Below, one piece after another: positions 9,832 to 20,379 of a DNA stretch of 49,090 bases. Each line of letters opens with the position of its first letter. The stretch's first letter is position 1. The stretch covers positions 9,220 to 58,309 of the forward strand of contig CAYJME010000002.1 of assembly GCA_964370795.1 (NCBI GenBank). Direction: 5' to 3'. The notes beneath the pieces are model-generated. The model ran no database searches, was not told the origin of the DNA, and worked only from the letters and a program-made list of their open reading frames with translations. The position numbers were made by a program, and so were the translations under genes. This DNA is from an uncultured candidatus Brocadiaceae bacterium (GTDB lineage Bacteria > Planctomycetota > Brocadiia > Brocadiales > Brocadiaceae).

Positions 9832-12800
9832 ATGAACACGAAAGAATTGGTAGGGGGCGCTCTATGGAAGAAACTGATGATGCTATTTTTGGCCACTTCA
9901 ATAGTGCCGATTGGTATTATCAGTTATTTGACTTATCGTTCAGCTAAAATAGACCTGCAACGGAAGATTTACAGCGAACTTACTGCACTAGCCACTGCCA
10001 AAAAAGACCATATCACACAACTCTTAAAACTACGCCAGGAACAGTTACTGTTGATTGCCCATAATCATCTCTACATCAAGGCTTTGGAGAAAATAAATCA
10101 GAAATACCCTGATACATATCAACTTAAAGCAGATATGAAAAAAGCCTTAAGACATCAATCGGAAATCGTTGGATCATTTTATAGAGTCTCCATTATCGAT
10201 GCAAATGGAAAAATTGTTGCATCTACACATGATAAGAATTTAGGGAAAGACCTTTCTAAGAACGATGTCTTCATGAATGGGATGAAAGGCCTTTACCTGA
10301 AGGATTTTCATTTTGAACCGGATACAAAAGAAAAGAAACCTGTATATACGATTGCAGCGCCCATAATTGATGAAACAAATAATACACCACAAGGGGTAGT
10401 GGTTGTTACTATAAAGGCGGTTGTCATTACTGAAATTTTAACGGATTATTCAGGGCTAGGCAAGACAGGCGAGATACTTTTGGGAAAGAGAATCGGTGAT
10501 GATGTGGTTTTTTTAAATAGTCTGAGGTTTGACCCCGATGCGGCGCTTAAGCTTAAACTATCGATACATTCTGAACACGGGTTGCCAATACTTTTAGGCA
10601 CAAGCGGGCAGGATGGTATTATAGAAACAAATGACTACCGTGGGGTAGCGGTGCTAGCGGCATATCGCCATATTGCCGCTGGCAATTGGGGTTTGGTGTC
10701 CAAGATTGATGCCAGTGAGGCATTTTTACCACTCACTGGTCTAAGAAACCGGGTATTGTACCTGGGTATCGCCACGATACTGGGCGTTGCGGCAATTGCC
10801 TATTTCAGTGGTATCAGAATTACAAAGCCACTCGTGAAACTCGCCCTTGCTTCTGAAAAAATAAGCACAGGTGATCTGAAGGTAAAATTGGACGTCGAAA
10901 ATACCCGTGGTGAAATAGGTATTTTGTCGAGGTCTTTTTCTGTGATGACGGTGAAACTCAGGGAATTATATGAAAGCTTGGAAAGAAAGGTCGAAGAGCG
11001 CACCTATGCACTGGAGGCAACTAATAAGGATTTGAAAAAGCAACAGGAATTCGAACTGGCGTATAATGAGATTGTGACAATAATTAATACCTCAATGGGA
11101 ACAGAGAAATTGTTATCAGAGAGTCTGAATAAGATATCCTCCTTTACCGACTCGCAGGCAGGGATTATATATCTATACGATGAGAAAGAACGTATGCTCA
11201 AAATGGGTAGCGGCTACTCGATTTATGATAACGATGTAAAATCGAAAATATTTGGACTAGGCATAGGCATTCCCGGACAGGTTGCACAGGAAAAGAAGTA
11301 TATACTAATCAGGGATATTCCTGCAGATACTCTCTTTAAAATAAGAAGTGGCATAGGAGATGCTGTACCCCGCAGCATAGGCTGCTTTCCTATTATTCTT
11401 CAGGAAAGGTTACTGGGGGTTTTGGTATTAGCGAGTCTAAAAGATTATCCTGACGAGGTGATTGAATTTGTAAATATCGTAAGTCAGCAATTGGCAGTAG
11501 CCATAAGTAACTTGCAAGCATATCAGCTTATCCAAAGGCAAACGGAAGAACTTCAACAAAAGAACGAAGAATTGGCTTCACAAAATGAGGAGTTGCATAG
11601 TCAGGCAGAAGAATTGCGCGTACAGCAGATGGCGCTTGAAGAAAAGAATCGGGAAGTTGATATGGCAAATCGTGCAAAATCAGAGTTTCTCGCAAATATG
11701 TCTCATGAGCTGAGAACACCGCTCAATTCCATAATTGGTTTCTCTGAAGTGCTTGAGGACCAGTCGTTTGGCACACTGAATGAAAAACAGAAGAAATATG
11801 CTCAAAATATTCATACCAGCGGAATGCACCTTTTACAATTGATTAACGACATCCTTGATTTATCCAAGGTAGAAGCCGGAAAAATGCAATTGCAGTATGA
11901 GGAATTTTCTCTGCCTGAGATATTACAGGATGTCAAGTCCCTTATAAAGACGCAAGCAGACAAAAAGAATCTTCTCTTTAGCATAGAAACAGATGAACGG
12001 GTAATTTCTCTTGGCGCTGACAAGCAGAAATTCAAACAAATTTTGCTTAATCTCCTGAGCAACGCGGTAAAATTTACCTCAAAAGGAGGCAAAATTACTG
12101 TGGGTATACGGAGTGTAAATGGATATGCGCAAATATCGGTTTCCGACACGGGCATCGGAATAAAGCAGGAAAACATAGGTCGCATCTTTGAAAAATTCCA
12201 GCAAATCGATAGTAAAACAGCCCGCGAGTATGGTGGAACCGGACTGGGACTTGCGCTATCCAGGAAGTTTGTGGAAATGCACGGCGGGAAAATATGGGTC
12301 AAAAGCGAATATGGAAAAGGAAGCACCTTTACCTTTACCATCCCTTTGAAACCCATAAGCAAGACACCTGCCGAAGAGATAATCCTATTAAAAGAACGGG
12401 AACAAGAGGGGAAAAATTCTCTCATTTTAGTGGTAGAAGACGACCCCAAATCCAGTGAATTATTAAAAATTTTTCTTACCCAGAAAGGATACAAAGTTGA
12501 AACGGCTTTTAATGGAGACGAAGCTATTACAAAAGCGAAAGAACTAAGACCCATGGCAATAACTCTGGATATTATCCTCCCCCAAAAGAGCGGCTGGGAC
12601 GTTTTAAAGAAATTAAAAGAAATACCGGAAACTCAAAACGTACCGGTTATTATCGTTTCAATTCTTGACGAAAAGGAACATGGGTTTAGCCTTGGAGCCA
12701 TTGATTATCTTATGAAGCCGGTCAATAGAGAAGAACTTCTCAGGAAATTAGAATACTATGGTTTAACGATAAAACCAGAAGGCAGGCCAATGGACATTTT

Positions 12801-13188
12801 GGTTATTGACGATGAGCGCGTAACGGTAGATATGGTATCCACCATTTTAGAAAGCCGGGGTTATCGCGTTGGGAAGGCTTTTAGCGGACGCGAGGGGATT
12901 AACCTTGCCGTTAAGAAAAATTTTGACCTGATCATTCTCGACCTCATGATGCCGGAAATAGACGGTTTTGATGTCGTTGATGAATTAAAAAAACATGACA
13001 TATCGAAGAACGTACCTATCATCATCTTTACGGCTAAAGACCTTGTAGAGGAGGATTATTTTAAATTACGGCAGAAGGTGGAACTCGTTGCACAAAAGGG
13101 TAAATTTTCTAAAGAAGAATTGCTGATGCATATTGAAAAGATTAAAAACATGCAAACAGGAAAAACAAAAGAGAGAGAAAGAATATAA
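9832..13188 (+). CDS. Hybrid sensor histidine kinase (Cache-like periplasmic domain, HAMP, GAF, HisKA, HATPase, two REC)
   Basis: 1118 aa. Two TM helices flank a ~280-aa extracytoplasmic region. HAMP and a GAF-like block follow, then a coiled coil. The H-box is MSHELRTPLNSI. The ATPase boxes are DTGIGI and GGTGLGLALS. The REC domains show VVEDDP...TLDIILP and VIDDER...ILDLMMPEIDG. Confidence 0.9.
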   Translation: MNTKELVGGALWKKLMMLFLATSIVPIGIISYLTYRSAKIDLQRKIYSELTALATAKKDHITQLLKLRQEQLLLIAHNHLYIKALEKINQKYPDTYQLKADMKKALRHQSEIVGSFYRVSIIDANGKIVASTHDKNLGKDLSKNDVFMNGMKGLYLKDFHFEPDTKEKKPVYTIAAPIIDETNNTPQGVVVVTIKAVVITEILTDYSGLGKTGEILLGKRIGDDVVFLNSLRFDPDAALKLKLSIHSEHGLPILLGTSGQDGIIETNDYRGVAVLAAYRHIAAGNWGLVSKIDASEAFLPLTGLRNRVLYLGIATILGVAAIAYFSGIRITKPLVKLALASEKISTGDLKVKLDVENTRGEIGILSRSFSVMTVKLRELYESLERKVEERTYALEATNKDLKKQQEFELAYNEIVTIINTSMGTEKLLSESLNKISSFTDSQAGIIYLYDEKERMLKMGSGYSIYDNDVKSKIFGLGIGIPGQVAQEKKYILIRDIPADTLFKIRSGIGDAVPRSIGCFPIILQERLLGVLVLASLKDYPDEVIEFVNIVSQQLAVAISNLQAYQLIQRQTEELQQKNEELASQNEELHSQAEELRVQQMALEEKNREVDMANRAKSEFLANMSHELRTPLNSIIGFSEVLEDQSFGTLNEKQKKYAQNIHTSGMHLLQLINDILDLSKVEAGKMQLQYEEFSLPEILQDVKSLIKTQADKKNLLFSIETDERVISLGADKQKFKQILLNLLSNAVKFTSKGGKITVGIRSVNGYAQISVSDTGIGIKQENIGRIFEKFQQIDSKTAREYGGTGLGLALSRKFVEMHGGKIWVKSEYGKGSTFTFTIPLKPISKTPAEEIILLKEREQEGKNSLILVVEDDPKSSELLKIFLTQKGYKVETAFNGDEAITKAKELRPMAITLDIILPQKSGWDVLKKLKEIPETQNVPVIIVSILDEKEHGFSLGAIDYLMKPVNREELLRKLEYYGLTIKPEGRPMDILVIDDERVTVDMVSTILESRGYRVGKAFSGREGINLAVKKNFDLIILDLMMPEIDGFDVVDELKKHDISKNVPIIIFTAKDLVEEDYFKLRQKVELVAQKGKFSKEELLMHIEKIKNMQTGKTKERERI

Positions 13189-13201
13189 AGAAGGAGAAGA
13201 A

Positions 13202-13579
13202 ATGTCAGGAAAAAAAATTCTTATAATAGATGATAATCCAATGAATCTGGAACTTGTATCTGACCTCCTGGAATTACATGGATTTCTCACACTAAAGGCA
13301 GAAGACTCCCAAATGGGGATTGAACTTGCAAACACGATGAAACCAGACTTAATCCTTATGGATATTCAACTGCCGGGAATAGATGGAATGGATGCTACAA
13401 GAATATTGAAAAAAGATACAATTACTGCCGATATCCCTATCGTTGCGCTCACGGCTCATGCAATGAAGGGAGACGAAGAAAAAATACTAAGAGCGGGCTG
13501 TACGGGATATATTTCAAAACCAATAAATACCAGAGAGTTTCCTAAAATAGTAATGAGTTATCTAAAGAAAATGTCTTGA
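13202..13579 (+). CDS. Single-domain CheY-like response regulator
   Basis: The motifs are KILIIDDNPMN, LILMDIQLPGIDG, ALTAHAMKGDE and GYISKPI. ATG 13202 follows AAGGAGAAG. The 13133 start overlaps the end of the kinase gene. Confidence 0.85.
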   Translation: MSGKKILIIDDNPMNLELVSDLLELHGFLTLKAEDSQMGIELANTMKPDLILMDIQLPGIDGMDATRILKKDTITADIPIVALTAHAMKGDEEKILRAGCTGYISKPINTREFPKIVMSYLKKMS

Positions 13580-13705
13580 ATTGATTTGAAAAAAGAAGGC
13601 GGAGGGGTCAAATCTTTCCAGGCTTTCCGTGAATGAGAAATTGCTAAAATTCTGATATTGCTTTGTAAGGACTTATGACATGAGAATTCACGAAAAAGTC
13701 AATTC

Positions 13706-13993
13706 TCAGACAACCTGTTTCATTCGGTCGTCCAGAAGTTCTACAGGCTTTTGCCCCCGACCGTGTTCCCACATAAGGGAAAAGAACCAGAGGCCACTTT
13801 CGCCTATGCAAAAATCGGCAGGCGTAAAGGTCATTTTAGAATCAAGCGGGGGTTCCGGACGCTGAGGGGTATACTCAGCAGACCACCCAAAGGCTTCCCC
13901 TTTCCAGGCTTTGCCTTCGGCATGAAGTTTGTTTGCCAGTTCTCTTACTTCGCCAAGGTATTGAGTTTTACAAATTTTTTGATCAGTGCTCAA
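13706..13993 (-). CDS. Hypothetical small protein (uncertain)
   Basis: 95-aa ORF with a TTG start 17 nt downstream of the ileS stop. Its composition looks protein-like, but there is no Shine-Dalgarno site and no recognisable motif. Overlapping plus-strand ORFs look less protein-like. Confidence 0.3.
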   Translation of the reverse strand: MSTDQKICKTQYLGEVRELANKLHAEGKAWKGEAFGWSAEYTPQRPEPPLDSKMTFTPADFCIGESGLWFFSLMWEHGRGQKPVELLDDRMKQVV

Positions 13994-14012
13994 TGTATTT
14001 TAATTATCAAAA

Positions 14013-16823
14013 TTATTGAACCGCCGTTACACACCTTTCACATATTGTGGAATATTCTTTGTTCAAGCCGACATCCTCTCTAAAATTCCAGCACCTTTCA
14101 CACTTCTGATGTTGCGATACGCCGCACTCAATCCAGAGATCGGGGTTGAGTTCACCTTTTACTGCTTTGGATGATATATTTCTCCCCAGCTTTGTTTCAG
14201 AGACAATGAATATCATCGACAGGTCGGTTTCATAGCCTTTGAGGAATTGATAGAGGGTATCGCTTTCCGTGTAAAGATATACAGACGCCTCCAGCGAATT
14301 GCCAATCAGTTTGGCAGCACGCATCTTCTCGAGCTCCCGCGACACATCAACTCTTATATTAATCAACTTTTCCCATTTTTCATTCAATGAATCATCTACC
14401 CATTGAGGAGTAACCTGTGGGAATGTTGTTAAATGAATACTCCCGACATGCTCATCTTTAAAAAGAACTGCATTCCATACCTCTTCTGCCGTATGGACGA
14501 TAATAGGGGCGGACAATTTAACCAGATTCAACAGGATTTGATACAATACTGTTTGAGCAGCACGCCGTTCACGGGAATTTTTAGGGAATGTGTACAATCT
14601 GTCTTTCAGGATATCTAAGTAAAATGCACTCATTTCCACTGAACAAAAATTGTAAATATAGTGAAAAACCTTGTGGAACTGCACCGACTCATAAGCCGAG
14701 GTGACATTTTTTATTAATTCCTGCGTTTTATGCAACGCCCATCGGTCTATTTCAAGCAACTCATTATATGACTTTGTATTTACACCGGGATCAAAATCAT
14801 AAAGATTACTTAACAAATATCTGAAGGTATTGCGGACACGGCGATAGGCGTCTGCGCATCTCTCAATTAAGGCACGGGAGACACTCATATCGTTTTGATA
14901 ATCCATTGATGACGTCCACAGCCTCAGCACATCCGCTCCAAATTCTTTCAAGGCGTCTTCAACCGATATGAAATTGCCGAGGGATTTTGACATCTTTTCG
15001 CCCTTCTCATCAACAACAAATCCGTGGGTTAAAACGGATTTGAAGGGCGCTCTCTTCCATGCTCCGACCGATGGAACCAGTGAGAGCTGAAACCATCCAC
15101 GATGCTGGTCTGTCCCTTCTAAATAGAGATCTGCCGGGTATGCTAATTCATTACGCTTATGTAAAACGGCATGATGACTCGATCCCGACTCGAACCAGAC
15201 GTCAAAGATGTCCATTTCCTTTTCCAGCTTTTTCCCACCACAGCGGGAACATTGAGTTTCGGGGGGCAAAAAGTGTGATGCCTCCTTATAAAACCATGCA
15301 TCAGCGCCTTCTTTCTCAAATTTATCCCTTACAAAATCTACGGTGGTAGTATTTACTAGTTCCTGGCGGCAATCTACACAATAAAAGGCAGGAATAGGCA
15401 CTCCCCACGAACGTTGCCGGGAGATGCACCAATCAGGGCGGTCAGCTATCATCTTTGCCATACGGCTCTCGCCCCAGGAAGGGATCCATTTTGTCTGTTT
15501 TATCTCTTCCAGCAATTTTTGACGCAAATTGTTATGATCAAGACTGACAAACCATTGTTCCGTTGCCCGGAAAATAACGGGCGACTTACAACGCCAGCAA
15601 TGGGGATAAGAATGGGTATAATCCGTTTTATACAGCAACGCCCCATTCGCTTCTAATCTGTTTGTTATAAAGACATTTCCTTCTTTGATATTTTTTCCGG
15701 CAAATTCCCCTGCATCATCCGTGAATATGCCTGTTGCATCCACAGGACTTAATATGGGAAGATGATATTTTATACCGGTAATATAGTCTTCCTGTCCATG
15801 GCCTGGCGCAGTATGCACACAACCCGTTCCATCCGATAAGGTCACATACTCCGCCAGCACAACAGAACCGGTTCTATGCATAAAAGCATGATGATATTTT
15901 ATACCTTCTAACGAACGTCCTTGTACATTCCCCAGACATTCATAATTTTTGATACCTAATGTTGACATAACGAGGTCGGCGCGTTTATCAGCAATGATAG
16001 TAATTTCCTGCTTTTGTGTCTTTGGATTTATATAACGGACGGCGACATATTCATGATCAGGGTGAACCGCTATAGCAAGATTTGCAGGAAGTGTCCACGG
16101 GGTGGTTGTCCAGATCATGACGTATGCATCTTTACTATCAGCGCCTTTGAAGAAACGGCCAATATTATCCTGGAGTTTGAAATTTACATAGATAGATGGG
16201 CTTGATTCATTATTATATTCAAGCTCTGCCTCGGCAAGAGCAGTCTGACACTTCATGCACCAATGAATAGGTTTTTTGCTCCGATAGATGTACCCATGCT
16301 CCACCAGTTTCCCGAAAACCTCAATAATACCCGCTTCATATTTAGGATCAAATGTCAGGTATGGATTATCCCAATCGCCACTGACACCCAACGCCTTAAA
16401 CTGTGTCTTTTGAAGTTTTACAAATTTTTCTGCGTATTTTTTACACCGTTTTCTTATTTCCGGTTTTGTCAGGTTTTTGATTTCTTCTCCAATTTCCTGC
16501 ATCACACGATGTTCGATGGGCAGTCCATGACAATCCCAGCCAGGCACATAAGGCGCATCATATCCCTTCATTGTGTAAAAACGAACGATAAAATCTTTGA
16601 TTATCTTATTTAAACCAGTGCCGATGTGCAATTCACCGGTCGGATAGGGAGGTCCATCGTGAAGGATATATTTTTCCCTTCCGGAGCGGGCATTACGCAC
16701 CTGCTCGTAGAGTTTATCTTTTTCCCATTTTTTTTGAATATCAGGTTCTTTCCTGATCAGGTCTGCCTTCATGGGAAATGATGTAGTGGGCAAGTTAAGT
16801 GTTTTTTTGTAATCCATTGACAT
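14013..16823 (-). CDS. ileS: Isoleucine--tRNA ligase
   Basis: 936 aa. It has the class I signatures PYPTGELHIGT (HIGH variant) and KMSKS, an editing-domain insertion, and a C-terminal zinc knuckle (CERCWNF...CERC). Confidence 0.97.
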   Translation of the reverse strand: MSMDYKKTLNLPTTSFPMKADLIRKEPDIQKKWEKDKLYEQVRNARSGREKYILHDGPPYPTGELHIGTGLNKIIKDFIVRFYTMKGYDAPYVPGWDCHGLPIEHRVMQEIGEEIKNLTKPEIRKRCKKYAEKFVKLQKTQFKALGVSGDWDNPYLTFDPKYEAGIIEVFGKLVEHGYIYRSKKPIHWCMKCQTALAEAELEYNNESSPSIYVNFKLQDNIGRFFKGADSKDAYVMIWTTTPWTLPANLAIAVHPDHEYVAVRYINPKTQKQEITIIADKRADLVMSTLGIKNYECLGNVQGRSLEGIKYHHAFMHRTGSVVLAEYVTLSDGTGCVHTAPGHGQEDYITGIKYHLPILSPVDATGIFTDDAGEFAGKNIKEGNVFITNRLEANGALLYKTDYTHSYPHCWRCKSPVIFRATEQWFVSLDHNNLRQKLLEEIKQTKWIPSWGESRMAKMIADRPDWCISRQRSWGVPIPAFYCVDCRQELVNTTTVDFVRDKFEKEGADAWFYKEASHFLPPETQCSRCGGKKLEKEMDIFDVWFESGSSHHAVLHKRNELAYPADLYLEGTDQHRGWFQLSLVPSVGAWKRAPFKSVLTHGFVVDEKGEKMSKSLGNFISVEDALKEFGADVLRLWTSSMDYQNDMSVSRALIERCADAYRRVRNTFRYLLSNLYDFDPGVNTKSYNELLEIDRWALHKTQELIKNVTSAYESVQFHKVFHYIYNFCSVEMSAFYLDILKDRLYTFPKNSRERRAAQTVLYQILLNLVKLSAPIIVHTAEEVWNAVLFKDEHVGSIHLTTFPQVTPQWVDDSLNEKWEKLINIRVDVSRELEKMRAAKLIGNSLEASVYLYTESDTLYQFLKGYETDLSMIFIVSETKLGRNISSKAVKGELNPDLWIECGVSQHQKCERCWNFREDVGLNKEYSTICERCVTAVQ

Positions 16824-16847
16824 GATAATTTCCTTTTGAGGTATTGA

Positions 16848-17135
16848 TTAAGGATTCAGCAACGATTGTATATCCAGAGAAGATAATCCTTCAATCATGA
16901 ATCTCTTATCCCGCGATGATTCGCCTGAAATGATATGGATTGAAGATTCAGGAATGTGGAGCGTGTCGGCAAGCAATTCAATGACCGCCTTATTTGCCTT
17001 CCCCTTTTCCGGCGCCGCAGTAACAGCCAGTTTTAAACGCCCCCCGTATTCGCCAACAATACGGTTTCTGCTAGCGCCAGGTTGTGTTTTGATGGATACA
17101 ATAATACCTGAATTCGTAGTAACCACATCAAGCAT
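16848..17135 (-). CDS. DUF167 (YggU) family protein
   Basis: 95 aa. The pattern PGASRNRIVGEYGGRLKLAVTAAPEKGKANKAVIELLADTL is typical of YggU. Its start overlaps the acyP stop by 8 nt. Confidence 0.8.
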   Translation of the reverse strand: MLDVVTTNSGIIVSIKTQPGASRNRIVGEYGGRLKLAVTAAPEKGKANKAVIELLADTLHIPESSIHIISGESSRDKRFMIEGLSSLDIQSLLNP

Positions 17136-17415
17136 ATTCGTACGCTATGGAAAATTCTTTAAATTCTCCGGTATATGATTCACTGTATACATCAAGTTTT
17201 TTAACGAGCGCACCCGGCGGTCCGCTTTTACACCAGGTTACTATTTTATCAACGGCGTCTTTTTCACCTTCAAAGACGGCTTCTACGCCGCCATCCATAC
17301 AATTTTTCACCCATCCCCTGATTCCCAGCATAAGCGCCTTATCTCGCGTAGAAGCACGGAAATACACACTCTGCACCTTTCCAGAGACATAAACATGCGC
17401 CCTTGACATTGACAT
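17128..17415 (-). CDS. acyP: Acylphosphatase
   Basis: 95 aa. It carries VSGKVQSVYFRASTRDKALMLGIRGWVKNCMDGGVEAVFEG, the acylphosphatase signature pair. Confidence 0.85.
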   Translation of the reverse strand: MSMSRAHVYVSGKVQSVYFRASTRDKALMLGIRGWVKNCMDGGVEAVFEGEKDAVDKIVTWCKSGPPGALVKKLDVYSESYTGEFKEFSIAYEYA

Positions 17416-17448
17416 GCCTATTCTTTCCTGACCATGGTTCTCTATAAA

Positions 17449-18297
17449 CTATTTAGAACCATAAACGTGAGCACTATCTTCTGCCGAAGGTAAATAGCTT
17501 AGTCCCATAAAGGTAAAGTTTACAATACCAAACGCGACGAGCAGCCAAATCGATAACATTACGGACGCCTTCGATTTATTAATGCTCATTTTCGGTAAAA
17601 TAAGCGGCGTGTGCAAGTAAACGAGATATGCAAGCCAGGTAATTAAAGACCAGGTTTCCTTGGGGTCCCATGACCAGTAGTCACCCCATGCCTTTTTTGC
17701 CCACACAGCGCCCGTAATCATACCCAGGGTAAGGAAGGGAAAACCAAAGGCAACAATTTTATAACTCAATTTGTCAAAATTCCGGGGTAATATTTCTTTT
17801 CCTTCCAAACCGGCATCACCCTTTGTCTTTATAACAAAGGGCTTGGTTACCAAAAATATAATACTGGTCACAAATGCAATTCCAAAAGCCGCATAACCGA
17901 GCATATAAGTAACCACGTGGATCAACATCCAGTTACTCTTTAATGCAGGCATAATGGGCCGTATGGTATCATCCTGAAGCGTTGCATAGAACAATATTAA
18001 CATCGACAAAATAGCTGCCAATGCCCCTACGATCCTGAAATTGTAAACAAATTCAAATACAATGTAAACAAAGGCCGTACAACAAGCGTAAAAAACTAAA
18101 GATTCATACAAATTAGAAAAAGGCGGGTGTCCTGCTTCTATAGAGCGCGTTGCCACCATCGCCAGATTAAAACAAAATGCCAAAATGAGTAAACCAAGAG
18201 ACACCCATTTTGTGACGGAAGATCTCCAAATTTCTCTTACTATGTAAGCTACAGAAGCAAATATGTATACAATTAACGCAATATTCATTAAACTCAT
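17449..18297 (-). CDS. ccsA: Cytochrome c biogenesis protein CcsA (System II heme handling)
   Basis: 282 aa and polytopic. The tryptophan-rich WWD motif is WGDYWSWDPKETWSLITW. The gene lies immediately downstream of the resB-like gene. Confidence 0.9.
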   Translation of the reverse strand: MSLMNIALIVYIFASVAYIVREIWRSSVTKWVSLGLLILAFCFNLAMVATRSIEAGHPPFSNLYESLVFYACCTAFVYIVFEFVYNFRIVGALAAILSMLILFYATLQDDTIRPIMPALKSNWMLIHVVTYMLGYAAFGIAFVTSIIFLVTKPFVIKTKGDAGLEGKEILPRNFDKLSYKIVAFGFPFLTLGMITGAVWAKKAWGDYWSWDPKETWSLITWLAYLVYLHTPLILPKMSINKSKASVMLSIWLLVAFGIVNFTFMGLSYLPSAEDSAHVYGSK

Positions 18298-18298
18298 G

Positions 18299-20170
18299 TT
18301 ATTCCTCCACCTCTTTCACTTCTTTTTTCTGTTTTTTCCTGAGAAAAGGCTTAATATAAAATATAAATATGACGCCAAAACACAATGTTCCAAAACCTGA
18401 AAAAACTACGGGAATACCAGGATCTTTAACAATTTGCAATCCAGAAAAAGAGCCAGCCTCCGGATCGTAACTTGATTGATAAATGGCATACCCTTTATAC
18501 TTCAGAGGGTCATTCACTTTAATAGCCTTTTCTGCCACGGTCTGACCATTGTCCACAATATGCAGTTTACTAATAAAATGCTTTATTGTTTCACCCGTTG
18601 GTTCATACACAAGCGCAAGATTATTATCCGGATACCAGGTTGCATACTGGTTGTTTGCAAATAACCAGTCGGTAACTTTTCCGTTTGGTCCGTCCATGGT
18701 AACACAGATAGCGGGAGTTCCCACCTGGTCTGATTTTTTTATCACTTCTTTTTTGAAATCAAAGGACGGAAAATAGCTGGAAACCAATACCTGGAGATCG
18801 GTATCTTTAACGGTATACTTTTTCTCTAATTCCCAGGGTACAGTTTCTACAATCTTTTTATCCTTAATAAATACAATGAGCTGCTTGCCTTCCGGCGCAT
18901 GCAATATTCTCACGGTATTTTTTGCCATAAATGCGCTGGCAATTCCACTACAGGTCAATTTCAACTTTTGATATTTCGCCGGATGCATTTTATCCCAATC
19001 AGGAAATTTTTCAAAAACCCATCGGGTTTCCGTGCCTTCATGACCAGCAATTTCTACCTGAACTGCGGGATTATCTGTCGGTTGTTCCTCAAGCGGCCTC
19101 CTGTCACCATAATTAAGCACATACTGTAACATTCTTATCGTGTAATCGGTTCCTTCAATCTTAAAACTTTTATTAAATTCCAGCGAATAATCGTAAAGCT
19201 GACCCGCTATAGCGGCAGTGACCTTAGCCTGACTGCTTTCAAGAGAATTCAGAGACTTGTCTAATTCCGCCTGTGAAGGAAGCCAGCTATATTCAATGCG
19301 CAGATTTTGCTTTTTATCTTCATACGCGTTGCGTCCATATGCCAGGAGCCATCCCTCTGCAACGACTTTCCCGGAACTTGAAAATTTCACAAAGATGGCA
19401 GGATTATCAGCATTGTCTGATGTATTGACAGGTTCTTGTTTTAATTCAGCGTCCGGGACATAGTCTGTAATAGTCACTTTATAATCAGAACCAGGAACCC
19501 GATACCGCTTTCCGGTCTTGGCCTCAAGTACCTTTTGACGATCCTTACTTTTTACATACGAGACCAACTGGAATTTCGGCTCGTTTTTTTCCAATATAAA
19601 ATCATCTAAAGCAATCTCAAAAGGCAAGTCCTTCTTTATGTAATCAACTTTACCCTGACTCGTGAGCCTCTGTGTAAGAAAGTAATTAACAGATTTACCT
19701 TTATACACATTCACACCACCCTTTACGCCAACCTGTAGTTTTATAACACCACCAACAAGGATCAAAATAATACTCAAGTGGGTAAGTATAAACCCTGCCT
19801 GCAGGATCGTATTTCTCCACCGTTTAATGGTACAACAAATAAGGTTTGCACAGAGCAACACTAAAAGAACTGAAAACCAGTAAGAATGGAAGACATTATT
19901 TAACTGCGTTACCTTGAAAAAGGTTGCCAACCCATACCCATATCGCGCAGTGTATTCATCAATGGTTTTTTCCTGCACAATTACCGTACCCAGAATGCAA
20001 GCCACCACCATTACCAGAATAATCACAACCGCCAGTTTGACAGAACAGAAAAATTGCCAAACCCTGTTAGAATCATCTCTCCCGTACCGTTCCTTATCGC
20101 CCTGATTCATTTGCTTCTTATCTTTTATTTCTGAAACCACACCAGATTGATTTTGCTGTACATTTTTCAT
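18299..20170 (-). CDS. ccsB: Cytochrome c biogenesis protein ResB/CcsB (Ccs1)
   Basis: It has a ResB-type N-terminal helix (FFCSVKLAVVIILVMVVACILGT), further TM helices, a large soluble domain and a C-terminal TM. Only 1 nt separates it from ccsA. I prefer ATG 20170 to the TTG at 20185. Confidence 0.85.
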   Translation of the reverse strand: MKNVQQNQSGVVSEIKDKKQMNQGDKERYGRDDSNRVWQFFCSVKLAVVIILVMVVACILGTVIVQEKTIDEYTARYGYGLATFFKVTQLNNVFHSYWFSVLLVLLCANLICCTIKRWRNTILQAGFILTHLSIILILVGGVIKLQVGVKGGVNVYKGKSVNYFLTQRLTSQGKVDYIKKDLPFEIALDDFILEKNEPKFQLVSYVKSKDRQKVLEAKTGKRYRVPGSDYKVTITDYVPDAELKQEPVNTSDNADNPAIFVKFSSSGKVVAEGWLLAYGRNAYEDKKQNLRIEYSWLPSQAELDKSLNSLESSQAKVTAAIAGQLYDYSLEFNKSFKIEGTDYTIRMLQYVLNYGDRRPLEEQPTDNPAVQVEIAGHEGTETRWVFEKFPDWDKMHPAKYQKLKLTCSGIASAFMAKNTVRILHAPEGKQLIVFIKDKKIVETVPWELEKKYTVKDTDLQVLVSSYFPSFDFKKEVIKKSDQVGTPAICVTMDGPNGKVTDWLFANNQYATWYPDNNLALVYEPTGETIKHFISKLHIVDNGQTVAEKAIKVNDPLKYKGYAIYQSSYDPEAGSFSGLQIVKDPGIPVVFSGFGTLCFGVIFIFYIKPFLRKKQKKEVKEVEE

Positions 20171-20379
20171 AGTATCAAAACACAAAACGAATAAAAATAA
20201 TCAATAAATAAACGACTCTTTTAATTAAAAAAACTCACTACGTTGATTCAACTCTTAGAGTCCGCGAAGTGATGTATCTTTTTAGAAGGGTTGTTCTGAA
20301 ATTTGGTTTGCGCATTTTGGATGCGCAGGTTAGGCGTATCTTCTTGTAATTTTCAAGTAAATACAAATTCTCAACCAAC

